The notes under the pieces: generated by a model
What the model saw: the letters and a program-made list of their open reading frames with translations, nothing else
Told to the model about the DNA's origin: nothing
Database searches by the model: none
Source: Patescibacteria group bacterium
Lineage (GTDB): Bacteria > Patescibacteriota > Minisyncoccia > Phycocordibacterales > SIBU01
Direction of reading: 5' to 3'
Length of the DNA stretch: 64,000 nt
Assembly: GCA_040390045.1 (NCBI GenBank)
Contig: JAZJZC010000005.1
Coordinates: 3,360 to 67,359 of the forward strand
In this document: piece by piece, positions 9,323 through 19,474 of the stretch
How the letters are laid out: each line of letters starts with the position of its first letter
Position numbering within the stretch: the first letter of the stretch is position 1
Position numbers and translations under genes: made by a program

Positions 9323-10474
9323 ATGGAAGGTCAAAAGTCTAACTTTTTTACGTGGGTAGTGGTGGTTGTGGTGATCGCCGTTGGTATTTTTCTTTACTCG
9401 ACATCTTCAAAGGTGCCACAAGAAACTGGTCCGGTTAAAATTGGAGTGATGTTGCCACTTACTGGTGACGCGGCGTCATACGGTGAAGGCGGACGAAATG
9501 TATATCAACTTGCCGTCGAAGAAATAAACGCGGCGGGTGGAGTTGACGGAAGACAAATCGAACTCGTTATCGAAGACAGTAAATGTAACGGCAAGGACGC
9601 TTCAAGCGCTGCGCAGAAACTGATAAATATTGATAAGGTTCAGATAATTCTCGGAGGATTCTGCAGTGGCGAGTCAATTGCCGCTACACCAATCGCAGCG
9701 GCGGGCAAGGTCGCTTTGTTTTCTCCGGGCTCGAGCAGTCCTGACTTGACCAATATCAGCCCTTACTTTTTCAGAAATTATCCAAGCGATGCGTCACAAG
9801 GAAAAGTTTTGGCAGAAACGGCTTACAACAGCAAGCAATGGAAAAAAGTGGCAGTGATTCAAGAGCAAACAGATTACGCACTCGGTGTTTTCAAATCATT
9901 TTCAACTTCCTTTGAAGGTTTTGGTGGAACAATTGTTAAAGAAGAAACCGAAACTGCCAATTCTGATTTTCGTTCAATTCTGACAAAACTCAAAGCGGCT
10001 AACGCTGACGCTCTCTTTATAGATACTCAAACTCCTGCTATGTCTGACCGAATTTTGAAACAAGTTCAGGATTTGGGTTGGAAGCCAGCGATTATTATTA
10101 ACGATGCTACAGCCGGAGATGTCGCACTTGTCATGAAATACAAAAATTTGCTTGAGGGCGCGATAACTGCCGAATTTAGTAGTGATCCAAAAAATCCTAC
10201 CATGAGCAAATTGCTCGCATCGTACAAAACTAAATTTAACGCTGATTTACCATTTCAAGCATACGGTCAGACAGAATACGATGCAGTCTATATGATCCGA
10301 GACGCAGTAAAAACAGTTGGCTACAATGGTGAAAAAATTGCCGCATGGTCAAGAACTGTTAAAGATTGGGAGGGCGCATCTGGTAAAGTGACGATCGGTT
10401 CAAACGGAGACAGGGTTGGTGGACACACGGTAGAAGTGGTGAAGGCCGGTAAAGTGGAGAAATACGTTCAGTAA
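9323..10474 (+). CDS. livK: branched-chain amino acid ABC transporter substrate-binding protein (LivK/LivJ family)
   Basis: N-terminal TM/signal anchor and IGVMLPLTGDAASYGE, a Peripla_BP_6-like sequence. It heads a livHMGF cluster. Confidence 0.85.
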   Translation: MEGQKSNFFTWVVVVVVIAVGIFLYSTSSKVPQETGPVKIGVMLPLTGDAASYGEGGRNVYQLAVEEINAAGGVDGRQIELVIEDSKCNGKDASSAAQKLINIDKVQIILGGFCSGESIAATPIAAAGKVALFSPGSSSPDLTNISPYFFRNYPSDASQGKVLAETAYNSKQWKKVAVIQEQTDYALGVFKSFSTSFEGFGGTIVKEETETANSDFRSILTKLKAANADALFIDTQTPAMSDRILKQVQDLGWKPAIIINDATAGDVALVMKYKNLLEGAITAEFSSDPKNPTMSKLLASYKTKFNADLPFQAYGQTEYDAVYMIRDAVKTVGYNGEKIAAWSRTVKDWEGASGKVTIGSNGDRVGGHTVEVVKAGKVEKYVQ

Positions 10475-10491
10475 AATTTTTAGGTTGGTGA

Positions 10492-10530
10492 AAACCCCCC
10501 GATCTGCCGCGGCAGATCGGGGGGTTTTCG
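10492..10530 (+). terminator. rho-independent terminator or attenuator between livK and livH
   Basis: AAAACCCCCCGATCTGCCG/CGGCAGATCGGGGGGTTTT hairpin. Confidence 0.7.
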
Positions 10531-10590
10531 TTTGAATTTCCCCTCCAAAACTGTTAGAGTTTTAGGGTCTGGTTCCACTCTAAAGATTGT

Positions 10591-11457
10591 ATGGATATTT
10601 TTCCTCAACTTGTCGTCAATAGTTTAATTACCGCTTCAATCTATGCTATTTTAGCTATCGGTTTTAATCTGATTTACAGCACGGCTAAATTTTTTGATCT
10701 CGGATTTGGCGCGACGACTGCCGTGGCTGGGTTTGCAACATTTTTTTTCATTGATCGGCTAGGATTGCCACTCATCATTTCTGCCTTTGGTGGAATCGTG
10801 GCGGCCGGGTTACTGAGTTTTTTTAGCTACAAACTTGTTTACCAGCCTCTGCGAGAGAGGAAGGCGACGAGCACGGTGATGCTGGTTGCCTCACTTGGTA
10901 TTTTCACCGCGGTGCAAGCGGCCATTGCCATTTTGTTTACAAGCCAATTCAGAAGTTTGGCTCGAAATTTTGATTCCGCCGATTCGTTTAAGGTTCTCGG
11001 TGGCGTTTTCAGTTTTACTCAACTCATTCTTTTTATATGCGCGCTGTTGGTTACAGCATTACTTTGGATTTTAATTACAAAAACAAAATTTGGAAAAGCT
11101 TTAACCGCAATTAGCGACGATGAGGAAGTGGCAAAAATTGTTGGTATCAACACTTCAAAAATTCTTGGGTACATGTTTTTTATTGCGGGATGTTTTGGTG
11201 GACTTTGCGGAGTGTTGGTTGGTTTTGATACTGGCATTGAGCCAAACATGGGTTTTGTGATTTTGCTCGGGGCGATTGTGGCGACGATTATAGGAGGCGC
11301 GGGGAACGTTTTTTCGGCGGCGGCGGGTGCACTGCTTCTCGGGTTCATTGAAAATTTTGGCATTTGGAAATTTTCCGGTGAATGGAAGTTTGCCATTTCT
11401 ATGGTCGTTTTGATTTTGTTTTTATTGTTTCGGCCGAAGGGCATTTTTAAACGATAA
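10591..11457 (+). CDS. livH: branched-chain amino acid ABC permease
   Basis: Polytopic membrane protein of 288 aa with LivH-like topology, in an operon. Confidence 0.85.
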   Translation: MDIFPQLVVNSLITASIYAILAIGFNLIYSTAKFFDLGFGATTAVAGFATFFFIDRLGLPLIISAFGGIVAAGLLSFFSYKLVYQPLRERKATSTVMLVASLGIFTAVQAAIAILFTSQFRSLARNFDSADSFKVLGGVFSFTQLILFICALLVTALLWILITKTKFGKALTAISDDEEVAKIVGINTSKILGYMFFIAGCFGGLCGVLVGFDTGIEPNMGFVILLGAIVATIIGGAGNVFSAAAGALLLGFIENFGIWKFSGEWKFAISMVVLILFLLFRPKGIFKR

Positions 11458-11460
11458 ATT

Positions 11461-12327
11461 ATGGATTATTTTATTCATTTAGCAATTTTGTTTTCGATCT
11501 ACGGCATTTTAGCTCTTTCGCTTAACCTCGTTGTTGGGTATACCGGTCTTATTTCTTTGGCCCACGCCGCCTTTTTCGGTTTTGGCGCCTATGCCACAGC
11601 CATTTCCATGACCAAATTTGGAACCAACTTTTTTCTGTCAGTCCTCATCGGGATGGTGGTCGCCGCGAGTTTGGCTACTCTTATCGGAATTGTACTTTCA
11701 AGATTGAAAGGGGATTACTACACGTTAGGTTCACTTGGATTTAATTTGATAGCGTGGAGCATTTTTATAAACTTCGAACAGTTGACCCGGGGGCCGCTTG
11801 GCATTCCCGGCATACCAAGACCTCAATTTTTCGGGATACATTTCAGTGACAACTTTTCATTTTTACTTTTAACGCTTGTTTTTTTGGCGCTTGTCTACGC
11901 GCTATCAAGATTTGTGGTCACGTCTTCTTTTGGACGCGTGCTCAAGGCTATTCGCGAAGATGAAAAGGCCATTCAAATTTTTGGTTACAAAACTCAAAAT
12001 TACAAATTGTTAATTTTTGTTATTGCAGGAGCGTTAGCCGCCATAGCTGGTTCGTTGTTCGCGTCCTACATTAGTTTTATTGATCCGTATAATTTTACGA
12101 TTAACGAATCGGTTTTCATGCTTTCAATCATTATTTTGGGCGGGTTAGCGAATGTGCGAGGCGCTCTTTTGGGAGCGCTATTTTTGGTTCTTCTACCTGA
12201 ATTTTTACGCTTTGTTGGTTTCCCACCGGACATTGCCGCGCAAACACGACTGGTGGTGTATGGTTTAATGCTGGTGATTTTGATGCTCTATCGTCCGCAG
12301 GGGTTGCTTGGAGAATACAAATTATAA
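11461..12327 (+). CDS. livM: branched-chain amino acid ABC permease
   Basis: Second permease of 288 aa, in an operon. Confidence 0.85.
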   Translation: MDYFIHLAILFSIYGILALSLNLVVGYTGLISLAHAAFFGFGAYATAISMTKFGTNFFLSVLIGMVVAASLATLIGIVLSRLKGDYYTLGSLGFNLIAWSIFINFEQLTRGPLGIPGIPRPQFFGIHFSDNFSFLLLTLVFLALVYALSRFVVTSSFGRVLKAIREDEKAIQIFGYKTQNYKLLIFVIAGALAAIAGSLFASYISFIDPYNFTINESVFMLSIIILGGLANVRGALLGALFLVLLPEFLRFVGFPPDIAAQTRLVVYGLMLVILMLYRPQGLLGEYKL

Positions 12328-12328
12328 T

Positions 12329-13060
12329 ATGAACACGCTTCGTATAAAAAAATTACATAAGCAATATGGAGGAGTTTCGGCGGTGGATAATTTGAGCCTG
12401 GAGATTTCTTCCGGAAAAATTACTAGTATTGTCGGACCAAACGGTTCAGGCAAATCCACCCTCGTTAATCTTTTAACCGGTTTCGTGCCGATTGATTCAG
12501 GCGAAGTGGATTTTGGTCATGAGAAACTACTATCAATTAAAGCTTACGAAATAAAAACCTATGGTTTGACGCGTACGTTTCAGGAGGTAAGACTGTTTGA
12601 ACAAATGAAAGTTTTGGATAACATCTTAGTTGTTCTGACTGGACGTTCAGTGTGGTCGGCGTTGTTTGAGCGCCACGAAAAATTTCACCACGACAAAGCT
12701 GAAGATGCCCTGCGCCGCGTTGGCCTTTGGGAAAAGAGAAATGAGCTGGCAAAAAATCTTTCATACGGTCAGAGAAAGTTACTTGAAATCGCGCGGGTGA
12801 TTGCCATGAACGCGGAAATTATTTTATTCGATGAACCTTTTGCCGGACTGTTTCCCGAAATGCTTAAAATTGTGGTAAAAATTTTGAAGGAATTTCGTGA
12901 GCAAGGGAAAACCATAATTTTAATTGAGCACAACATGGATTTAATTCGAGAATTGAGTGACCATCTATTCGTCATGGATAGCGGAAAACTTTTAACCGAA
13001 GGCAAGCCGGAGGTGGTGTTAGCCCGGCGCGATGTGATCGAGGCGTATCTCGGTGAATAA
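12329..13060 (+). CDS. livG: branched-chain amino acid ABC ATP-binding protein (the track starts at 12308, overlapping livM)
   Basis: Walker A GPNGSGKST, signature LSYGQRK and Walker B ILFDEP. Confidence 0.85.
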   Translation: MNTLRIKKLHKQYGGVSAVDNLSLEISSGKITSIVGPNGSGKSTLVNLLTGFVPIDSGEVDFGHEKLLSIKAYEIKTYGLTRTFQEVRLFEQMKVLDNILVVLTGRSVWSALFERHEKFHHDKAEDALRRVGLWEKRNELAKNLSYGQRKLLEIARVIAMNAEIILFDEPFAGLFPEMLKIVVKILKEFREQGKTIILIEHNMDLIRELSDHLFVMDSGKLLTEGKPEVVLARRDVIEAYLGE

Positions 13061-13066
13061 TATTGT

Positions 13067-13795
13067 ATGAAAGAAATTTTACTTAAAATTGAAAATATTC
13101 ATGTCCACTATGGTGGGGTCAAAGCACTTTCCGGCGCGAGCATTTCTCTTGATGAAGGTGAGATTGTAGCGCTCATGGGTCCAAACGGCGCTGGGAAATC
13201 TACCATTTTGAAAACAGTTTTTGGGTTAGCGCCGATCTCATCCGGAAAAGTGCTTTGGCACGAGCAAGAAATTTTTCCTATTCCGCACGAAATAGTAGCG
13301 CGTGGAATTTCTTTTGTGCCGCAGGGTCGTCGAGTGTTTTCTCATTTGACAGTTTTGGAAAATTTGGAGATGGGAGCATACACTGTCGCCGACAAAAAAG
13401 AAGTCAGTCGAAGGATAACCGAAGTATTGGAAACTTTTCCGGCGTTGAAGCACAAAATCAGCGCAAAATCGGGTACGCTTTCGGGTGGTCAACAGCAAAT
13501 GTTGGCTATCGCTCGCGGCCTGATGACCGATCCAAAGATTTTACTTTTGGACGAACCATCGCTCGGTCTCGCTCCAAAAATTGTCAAAGAAGTTTTTGAA
13601 ACCATACGGCGAATTAATGAACGCCACAAAACTGCGGTGCTTATTGTAGAGCACAATGTTAAATCGCTTTTTGAAATTGTGAATCGAGCGTACGTTCTGG
13701 ATAAAGGTGAAGTGGTGGCTGAGGGTGAGCCTCAGAAGTTGATCGCTTCAGGAATTTTTGAAAAAGTTTTGCTCGGCCATATCAACTCCAAGTAA
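13067..13795 (+). CDS. livF: branched-chain amino acid ABC ATP-binding protein
   Basis: GPNGAGKST, LSGGQQQMLAIAR and LLLDEP. Confidence 0.85.
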   Translation: MKEILLKIENIHVHYGGVKALSGASISLDEGEIVALMGPNGAGKSTILKTVFGLAPISSGKVLWHEQEIFPIPHEIVARGISFVPQGRRVFSHLTVLENLEMGAYTVADKKEVSRRITEVLETFPALKHKISAKSGTLSGGQQQMLAIARGLMTDPKILLLDEPSLGLAPKIVKEVFETIRRINERHKTAVLIVEHNVKSLFEIVNRAYVLDKGEVVAEGEPQKLIASGIFEKVLLGHINSK

Positions 13796-13833
13796 TTCTT
13801 TTTTCGTCTTTTAATTCGTGTTACTCTGTATAT

Positions 13834-14781
13834 ATGGAAATTCTTAGAGAATTTAAGGCTCTGGGCAAGCATGATGTCGGGATTGCGGGAGGGAAAGGAG
13901 CATCACTTGGTGAAATGACACAGGCGGGAATTCCGGTGCCACCTGGGTTTGTGTTGCTCTCGAGTGCGTTTGAAAGATTTATTGAAGAAACGGATCTCAA
14001 TGTTGAGATTGATGCGATTTTGCATAAAGTAGATCACAAAGAAATTCACACAGTGGATCGAGCGTCGGAAGAAATTCAGGCTCTGATTCTTGCTGCGAAA
14101 ATGCCGAAGGATATTGAAGCGGAAATTGAAAAATATTTTAAAAAATTAGGAGCGACATTTGTGGCGGTGCGTTCAAGTGCTACAGCGGAAGATTCAGCTT
14201 CGGCGGCGTGGGCAGGACAACTAGATAGTTTTCTCAATACCACCGAAAAAACTTTACTGGAAAATGTAAAGCGCTGTTGGGCCTCGCTTTTTACACCTCG
14301 GGCAATTTTTTATCGATTTGAAAAAGATTTGCATAAAACCAAAATTTCCGTGGCCGTGGTGGTTCAAAAAATGGTGGAATCCGAAATTTCCGGCATCGCT
14401 TTTTCGGTCCATCCGGTGACGGAAGATCGCAATCAACTCATTATCGAAGGAGGATTGGGCCTTGGCGAGGCGATTGTTTCTGGACAGATTACTCCCGATA
14501 GTTATGTCGTCGAAAAAGTCCCGCTAAAAATCCTCGATATTAATGTTTCAACTCAAGAGCGTGGCTTGTTCAAAAAGCTTGGTGGCGGTAACGAGTGGCG
14601 AGACATCTCTACACTTGAAGGTGAGAAACAAAAATTAACCGAAGTTCAAATTCTCGAGCTGTCCGAGCTTATCATTCACATTGAAAATCATTACGGTTTT
14701 CCCTGTGACATCGAATGGGCGTTCGCCGAAGGAAAATTTTACATTGTTCAAAGTCGCCCGATTACAACGCTTAAAAATTAG
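13834..14781 (+). CDS. standalone pyruvate-phosphate-dikinase/PEP-synthase N-terminal ATP-grasp (PPDK_N) nucleotide-binding domain protein
   Basis: GGKGASLGEM, VAVRSSATAEDSASAAWAGQ and HYGFPCDIEWAFAEGKFYIVQSRP match the PpsA/RPH N-terminal ATP-binding domain. The 315-aa ORF ends with a stop and carries no His or PEP-binding domains. Confidence 0.8.
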   Translation: MEILREFKALGKHDVGIAGGKGASLGEMTQAGIPVPPGFVLLSSAFERFIEETDLNVEIDAILHKVDHKEIHTVDRASEEIQALILAAKMPKDIEAEIEKYFKKLGATFVAVRSSATAEDSASAAWAGQLDSFLNTTEKTLLENVKRCWASLFTPRAIFYRFEKDLHKTKISVAVVVQKMVESEISGIAFSVHPVTEDRNQLIIEGGLGLGEAIVSGQITPDSYVVEKVPLKILDINVSTQERGLFKKLGGGNEWRDISTLEGEKQKLTEVQILELSELIIHIENHYGFPCDIEWAFAEGKFYIVQSRPITTLKN

Positions 14782-14830
14782 GTTGGTTGTTGTACTTCTC
14801 GAACTATGCTTTAATTGAGGCCTAATTTAA

Positions 14831-16105
<1,275 letters not shown>

Positions 16106-16182
16106 TGCGAAGCGCACTTGATGGAATTAGGAATTACGAATTAAGAATTAGGAATGGGAAAAATTAAAATAAGAATTTAAGA

Positions 16183-17205
16183 ATGAAAGACAAGAAAACC
16201 AAGAAAAAATCAGAAGATCTCTCTTCTCATAATTCATCATTCCTAATTCATAATTCTGCCCGTCGGCGGGCATTGGTGGTTGGGTCTGTTGCATATGACG
16301 TGATTTTTGGTATTCACGGAAAAATTCAAGACGAGATTTTGATTGAAAACGGTAAACTTGGACGGCAGAATTTGATGTTCACCGCCAAAGATAAGAAACA
16401 TTTTTTTGGTGGAACAGGTGGAAATATTTCATATGGTTTGGGAAAGACTGGCATGAAGCCGTTGCTTTTTTCTGTTGCAGGGAAAGATTTTGAAGGGGAA
16501 TTTGAAAATCATTTAAAAACTTCAGGGGTTGATTTACGGGTGGTTGTAAAGAAAGATGAGTGGACAGCAACTTTTTATGGTATGTCTGACGAAGAGACTC
16601 AGCAAATTGGCGTCTATCAGCCGAACGCCTATGCCGCGATTGATACCACTTCGCTTTCCGCTACAATTTCGGAAAAGGATTTTTCAGAAATAGGAGTAGC
16701 GATTTTTTCCGCTGGTACTGGAAAAAGTATTTTTAAGCAGATGAAAGAGTTGCGAGCGAGACTCGGCAACGAGGTGGTTATTATTTTCGATCCAGGACAG
16801 GTTATTTCAATTTTTTACGATAAAAAACCTTTAGAGGAAACGTTAGCTCTGTCTGACATTTTTATCGGCAATGAAGTGGAGTTTAAACAGATGGAGGGAA
16901 TTTTGGGATATACCTATGAAAAACTTTTACAAAAAGGACTAAAAGCCGTCGTGAAAACGGTCGGAGAAAAGGGAAGTGTTATCTACGAAAAAAATCGTAC
17001 GACTGAGATCAAGGCGGTCAAAGCGAAAAAAGTTGTAGAGACCACAGGTGCGGGCGACGCCTATCGCGCTGGTCTTATCTACGGATTGCTCAATGGTTTA
17101 GATTTAGCGGCTGCCTGTCGCATTGGCGCCAAACTCGGTGCCAAAAATGTGGAAACGGTTGGTGGGCAAGCCTATGAAATTAGCAAAGCTGATTTGAAAA
17201 GCTAA
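16183..17205 (+). CDS. PfkB-family carbohydrate/nucleoside kinase (adenosine-kinase-like)
   Basis: GGTGGN near the N-terminus and the TGAGDAYRAG PfkB signature. Adjacency to ahcY suggests an adenosine kinase. Confidence 0.7.
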   Translation: MKDKKTKKKSEDLSSHNSSFLIHNSARRRALVVGSVAYDVIFGIHGKIQDEILIENGKLGRQNLMFTAKDKKHFFGGTGGNISYGLGKTGMKPLLFSVAGKDFEGEFENHLKTSGVDLRVVVKKDEWTATFYGMSDEETQQIGVYQPNAYAAIDTTSLSATISEKDFSEIGVAIFSAGTGKSIFKQMKELRARLGNEVVIIFDPGQVISIFYDKKPLEETLALSDIFIGNEVEFKQMEGILGYTYEKLLQKGLKAVVKTVGEKGSVIYEKNRTTEIKAVKAKKVVETTGAGDAYRAGLIYGLLNGLDLAAACRIGAKLGAKNVETVGGQAYEISKADLKS

Positions 17206-17233
17206 ATCTCTTTGTTGTAGTACAATAGTACCC

Positions 17234-18550
17234 ATGTTAAAAGCCAATCCAACAACACTCGTGGTTTTTGGAGCCACGGGGGATTTGTTTCGAACGAAAT
17301 TGGCGCCGGCCTTGCTTGCGCTTTCCGACAAGAAGGAGTTGCCGGAATTTTTACGTATCGTCGCTTTTTCCCGCCGTCCTTGGGATAACGAAAAATTTCG
17401 AGAATTTATACGAGAGGCCCTTGTGAGCAAAGCTCCAGACATTTCCACTGAGATTCTCGAAGCATTTCTTGATCGTATTTTTTACTGCGAGGGTAATTTT
17501 GACACTTTGGAAAGTTATCAAAAGGTTGCTGAGATGTTTGCGCGTTTTGATGCTGAGGCTGGTGTGTGCACCAACAAACTTTTGTATCTTGCTACTTCAC
17601 CTGCGTTTTACGAAACGATTCTTCAAAAAATTTCTAGTTCTGGTTTGGCAATTCCTTGTGCGCCTGTCGAGGGTCAATCGGAAACTGGCTGGACTCGGGT
17701 GCTTATCGAAAAACCATTTGGACATGATTTAAAAAACGCGGAGCGACTGGACAACTTGCTTGCCCAACTTTTTACCGAAGAACAAATTTTTCGTATTGAT
17801 CATTATTTGGCCAAAGAAACTATGCGTAGCATTTTGCAGTTCCGTTTTTCTAACGGGCCGTTCGAATCAATTTGGAATTCAGAGAACATCGATACTATCG
17901 ATGTAAAATTTTTAGAAAAGGATGGTGTCGGAAGCCGCGGGGAATCATACGATGGGGTGGGTGCTCTGCGAGATGTGGGGCAAAATCATTTACTTCAGAT
18001 GGCGACATTGGTGGCTATGGAAAATCCACGCAAGTTTTCGGTGGAAGCCATTCGGAAAGCTCGCGCCGAGGTGCTCGAAAAATTTAAATTAGCAGAAACC
18101 CCGCCGCCGTTGCGCGCGCAGTACGTGGGTTTTCGTGAGGAGAAAGCTGTGTCTCCTAATTCTCAAACGGAAACTTATTTTCGCTGTACACTTAATTCAA
18201 GTGCACCACGTTGGCGCGACACCGCTTTTGTTTTGGAGGCCGGCAAGGCTACGGGGGAACATAGAGTTGAGATTGTTATTCATTTTAAAAAGTCACATGA
18301 CTTGGTTTGTCCCGTCGACGCTGTGTGTAGCGCGGGAGATAACACAGTCAAATTTGATATCCTATCTTCTTCAAACAAACGTTCCGATGCGTATGAACGA
18401 GTACTGCTCGATGCAATTATGGGAGATCAAACACTTTTCATATCAACAGCAGAAGTCATTGCCGAATGGAAACTTGTCGAAGAAATTTTCAAAAAGTGGG
18501 AGAAGACTGAATTGGTGCACTATGCGAAAGGATCGATGCCAAAAATTTAA
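17234..18550 (+). CDS. zwf: glucose-6-phosphate 1-dehydrogenase
   Basis: VVFGATGDL, RIDHYLAKE and the EKPFGHDL motifs. Confidence 0.9.
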   Translation: MLKANPTTLVVFGATGDLFRTKLAPALLALSDKKELPEFLRIVAFSRRPWDNEKFREFIREALVSKAPDISTEILEAFLDRIFYCEGNFDTLESYQKVAEMFARFDAEAGVCTNKLLYLATSPAFYETILQKISSSGLAIPCAPVEGQSETGWTRVLIEKPFGHDLKNAERLDNLLAQLFTEEQIFRIDHYLAKETMRSILQFRFSNGPFESIWNSENIDTIDVKFLEKDGVGSRGESYDGVGALRDVGQNHLLQMATLVAMENPRKFSVEAIRKARAEVLEKFKLAETPPPLRAQYVGFREEKAVSPNSQTETYFRCTLNSSAPRWRDTAFVLEAGKATGEHRVEIVIHFKKSHDLVCPVDAVCSAGDNTVKFDILSSSNKRSDAYERVLLDAIMGDQTLFISTAEVIAEWKLVEEIFKKWEKTELVHYAKGSMPKI

Positions 18551-18604
18551 AAGAGGAAAGGTCTAATTGTCTGAACTTAGAGAGACTGTATAAAATTTCC
18601 AATT

Positions 18605-18640
18605 GCGTCATTCACACATTCGTACGAATGTGTGAATGAC
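18605..18640. promoter_or_regulatory. perfect 36-bp palindrome (17-bp arms)
   Basis: CGTCATTCACACATTCG-TA-CGAATGTGTGAATGACG, read directly. Confidence 0.4.
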
Positions 18641-18655
18641 GATGATATAAATTAT

Positions 18656-18673
18656 ACTTTAGTTAACTAAAGT
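18656..18673. repeat. 18-bp palindromic core ACTTTAGTTAACTAAAGT, copy 1 of 3
   Basis: Identical 18-mers occur at 22470-22487 and 40907-40924. Confidence 0.6.
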
Positions 18674-18721
18674 GCAGTGAAAATACAGGAGTTAAGATAA
18701 TTAATTATTAATAAATTCTGA

Positions 18722-18760
18722 AAATAAAAAACCGCGCGCAAATCAGATTTGCGCGCGGGG
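18722..18760 (-). terminator. rho-independent terminator for the minus-strand gene 18784-19368
   Basis: CCGCGCGCAAATC/GATTTGCGCGCGG hairpin with a T-run on the minus strand. Confidence 0.55.
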
Positions 18761-18783
18761 TGATGCGATTGTTTTTTGTGCCA

Positions 18784-19368
18784 CTATTCCAGCAGTCTGA
18801 TTTTCAGTGCCGTGGTACCATCGTCGACAATTTCGAACTTGCGGAATCCATTGCCTGCGAGTGTTGACTGATCTAGAATTGTTTGGATTCCAATTGTGTC
18901 GGTGACCCCCAATGCAACTGCAACAAGCCCGGCGAGGATTGGTCGGTGAGTAAAGACCAGTGCTCTATCCGCGCTCACAGGTGAATTGTTGTAAATAACT
19001 GCCATCGAACATATCGCCTGGCCTTGCCATGTATGGACATCATCCCGTTCGTGGCCAGGGTAAGGAATTATGGTACCGTCAGCATCAAGGTTGCCGTAAT
19101 GGCCGAGCTCCTCGATACACGTGACTTTCTTGATGTTGAGACGTTTGACGACGGTACACATGGAACCACACGCTCGATCCATTAGTGAACAGAAGGTTAC
19201 TTGATAGGGTCCCATTGCTCTGAGACGTGGGACCAGAGCAAGCATGTAGGCCTTCCCACTCATTGTCATTGGCGGATCAGCTGCGAGTGTCACCTCGCAT
19301 CCAGCAACCCCAGTAAGTTTTGGCCCATGGGGAACCACGACAAGGATCATACTATTTCTGACAAGCAT
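18784..19368 (-). CDS. hypothetical protein, possibly SixA-like histidine-phosphatase-superfamily member with a variant catalytic motif
   Basis: LVVVPHG at the N-terminus, where SixA has RHG, and VFTHRPILAGLVAVALG resembling the SixA SHLPLVGYLVAEL segment. GC is higher than in flanking genes. Confidence 0.3.
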   Translation of the reverse strand: MLVRNSMILVVVPHGPKLTGVAGCEVTLAADPPMTMSGKAYMLALVPRLRAMGPYQVTFCSLMDRACGSMCTVVKRLNIKKVTCIEELGHYGNLDADGTIIPYPGHERDDVHTWQGQAICSMAVIYNNSPVSADRALVFTHRPILAGLVAVALGVTDTIGIQTILDQSTLAGNGFRKFEIVDDGTTALKIRLLE

Positions 19369-19474
19369 AAGACCTTTCTTTTAGCAGGGCGACATTGCCC
19401 CGCTAACTGGAAAGGAAAATAGCACATTTAGTCGCATATTGTCAACTATACAAATCTAGAGTAAAATTGCGAGA

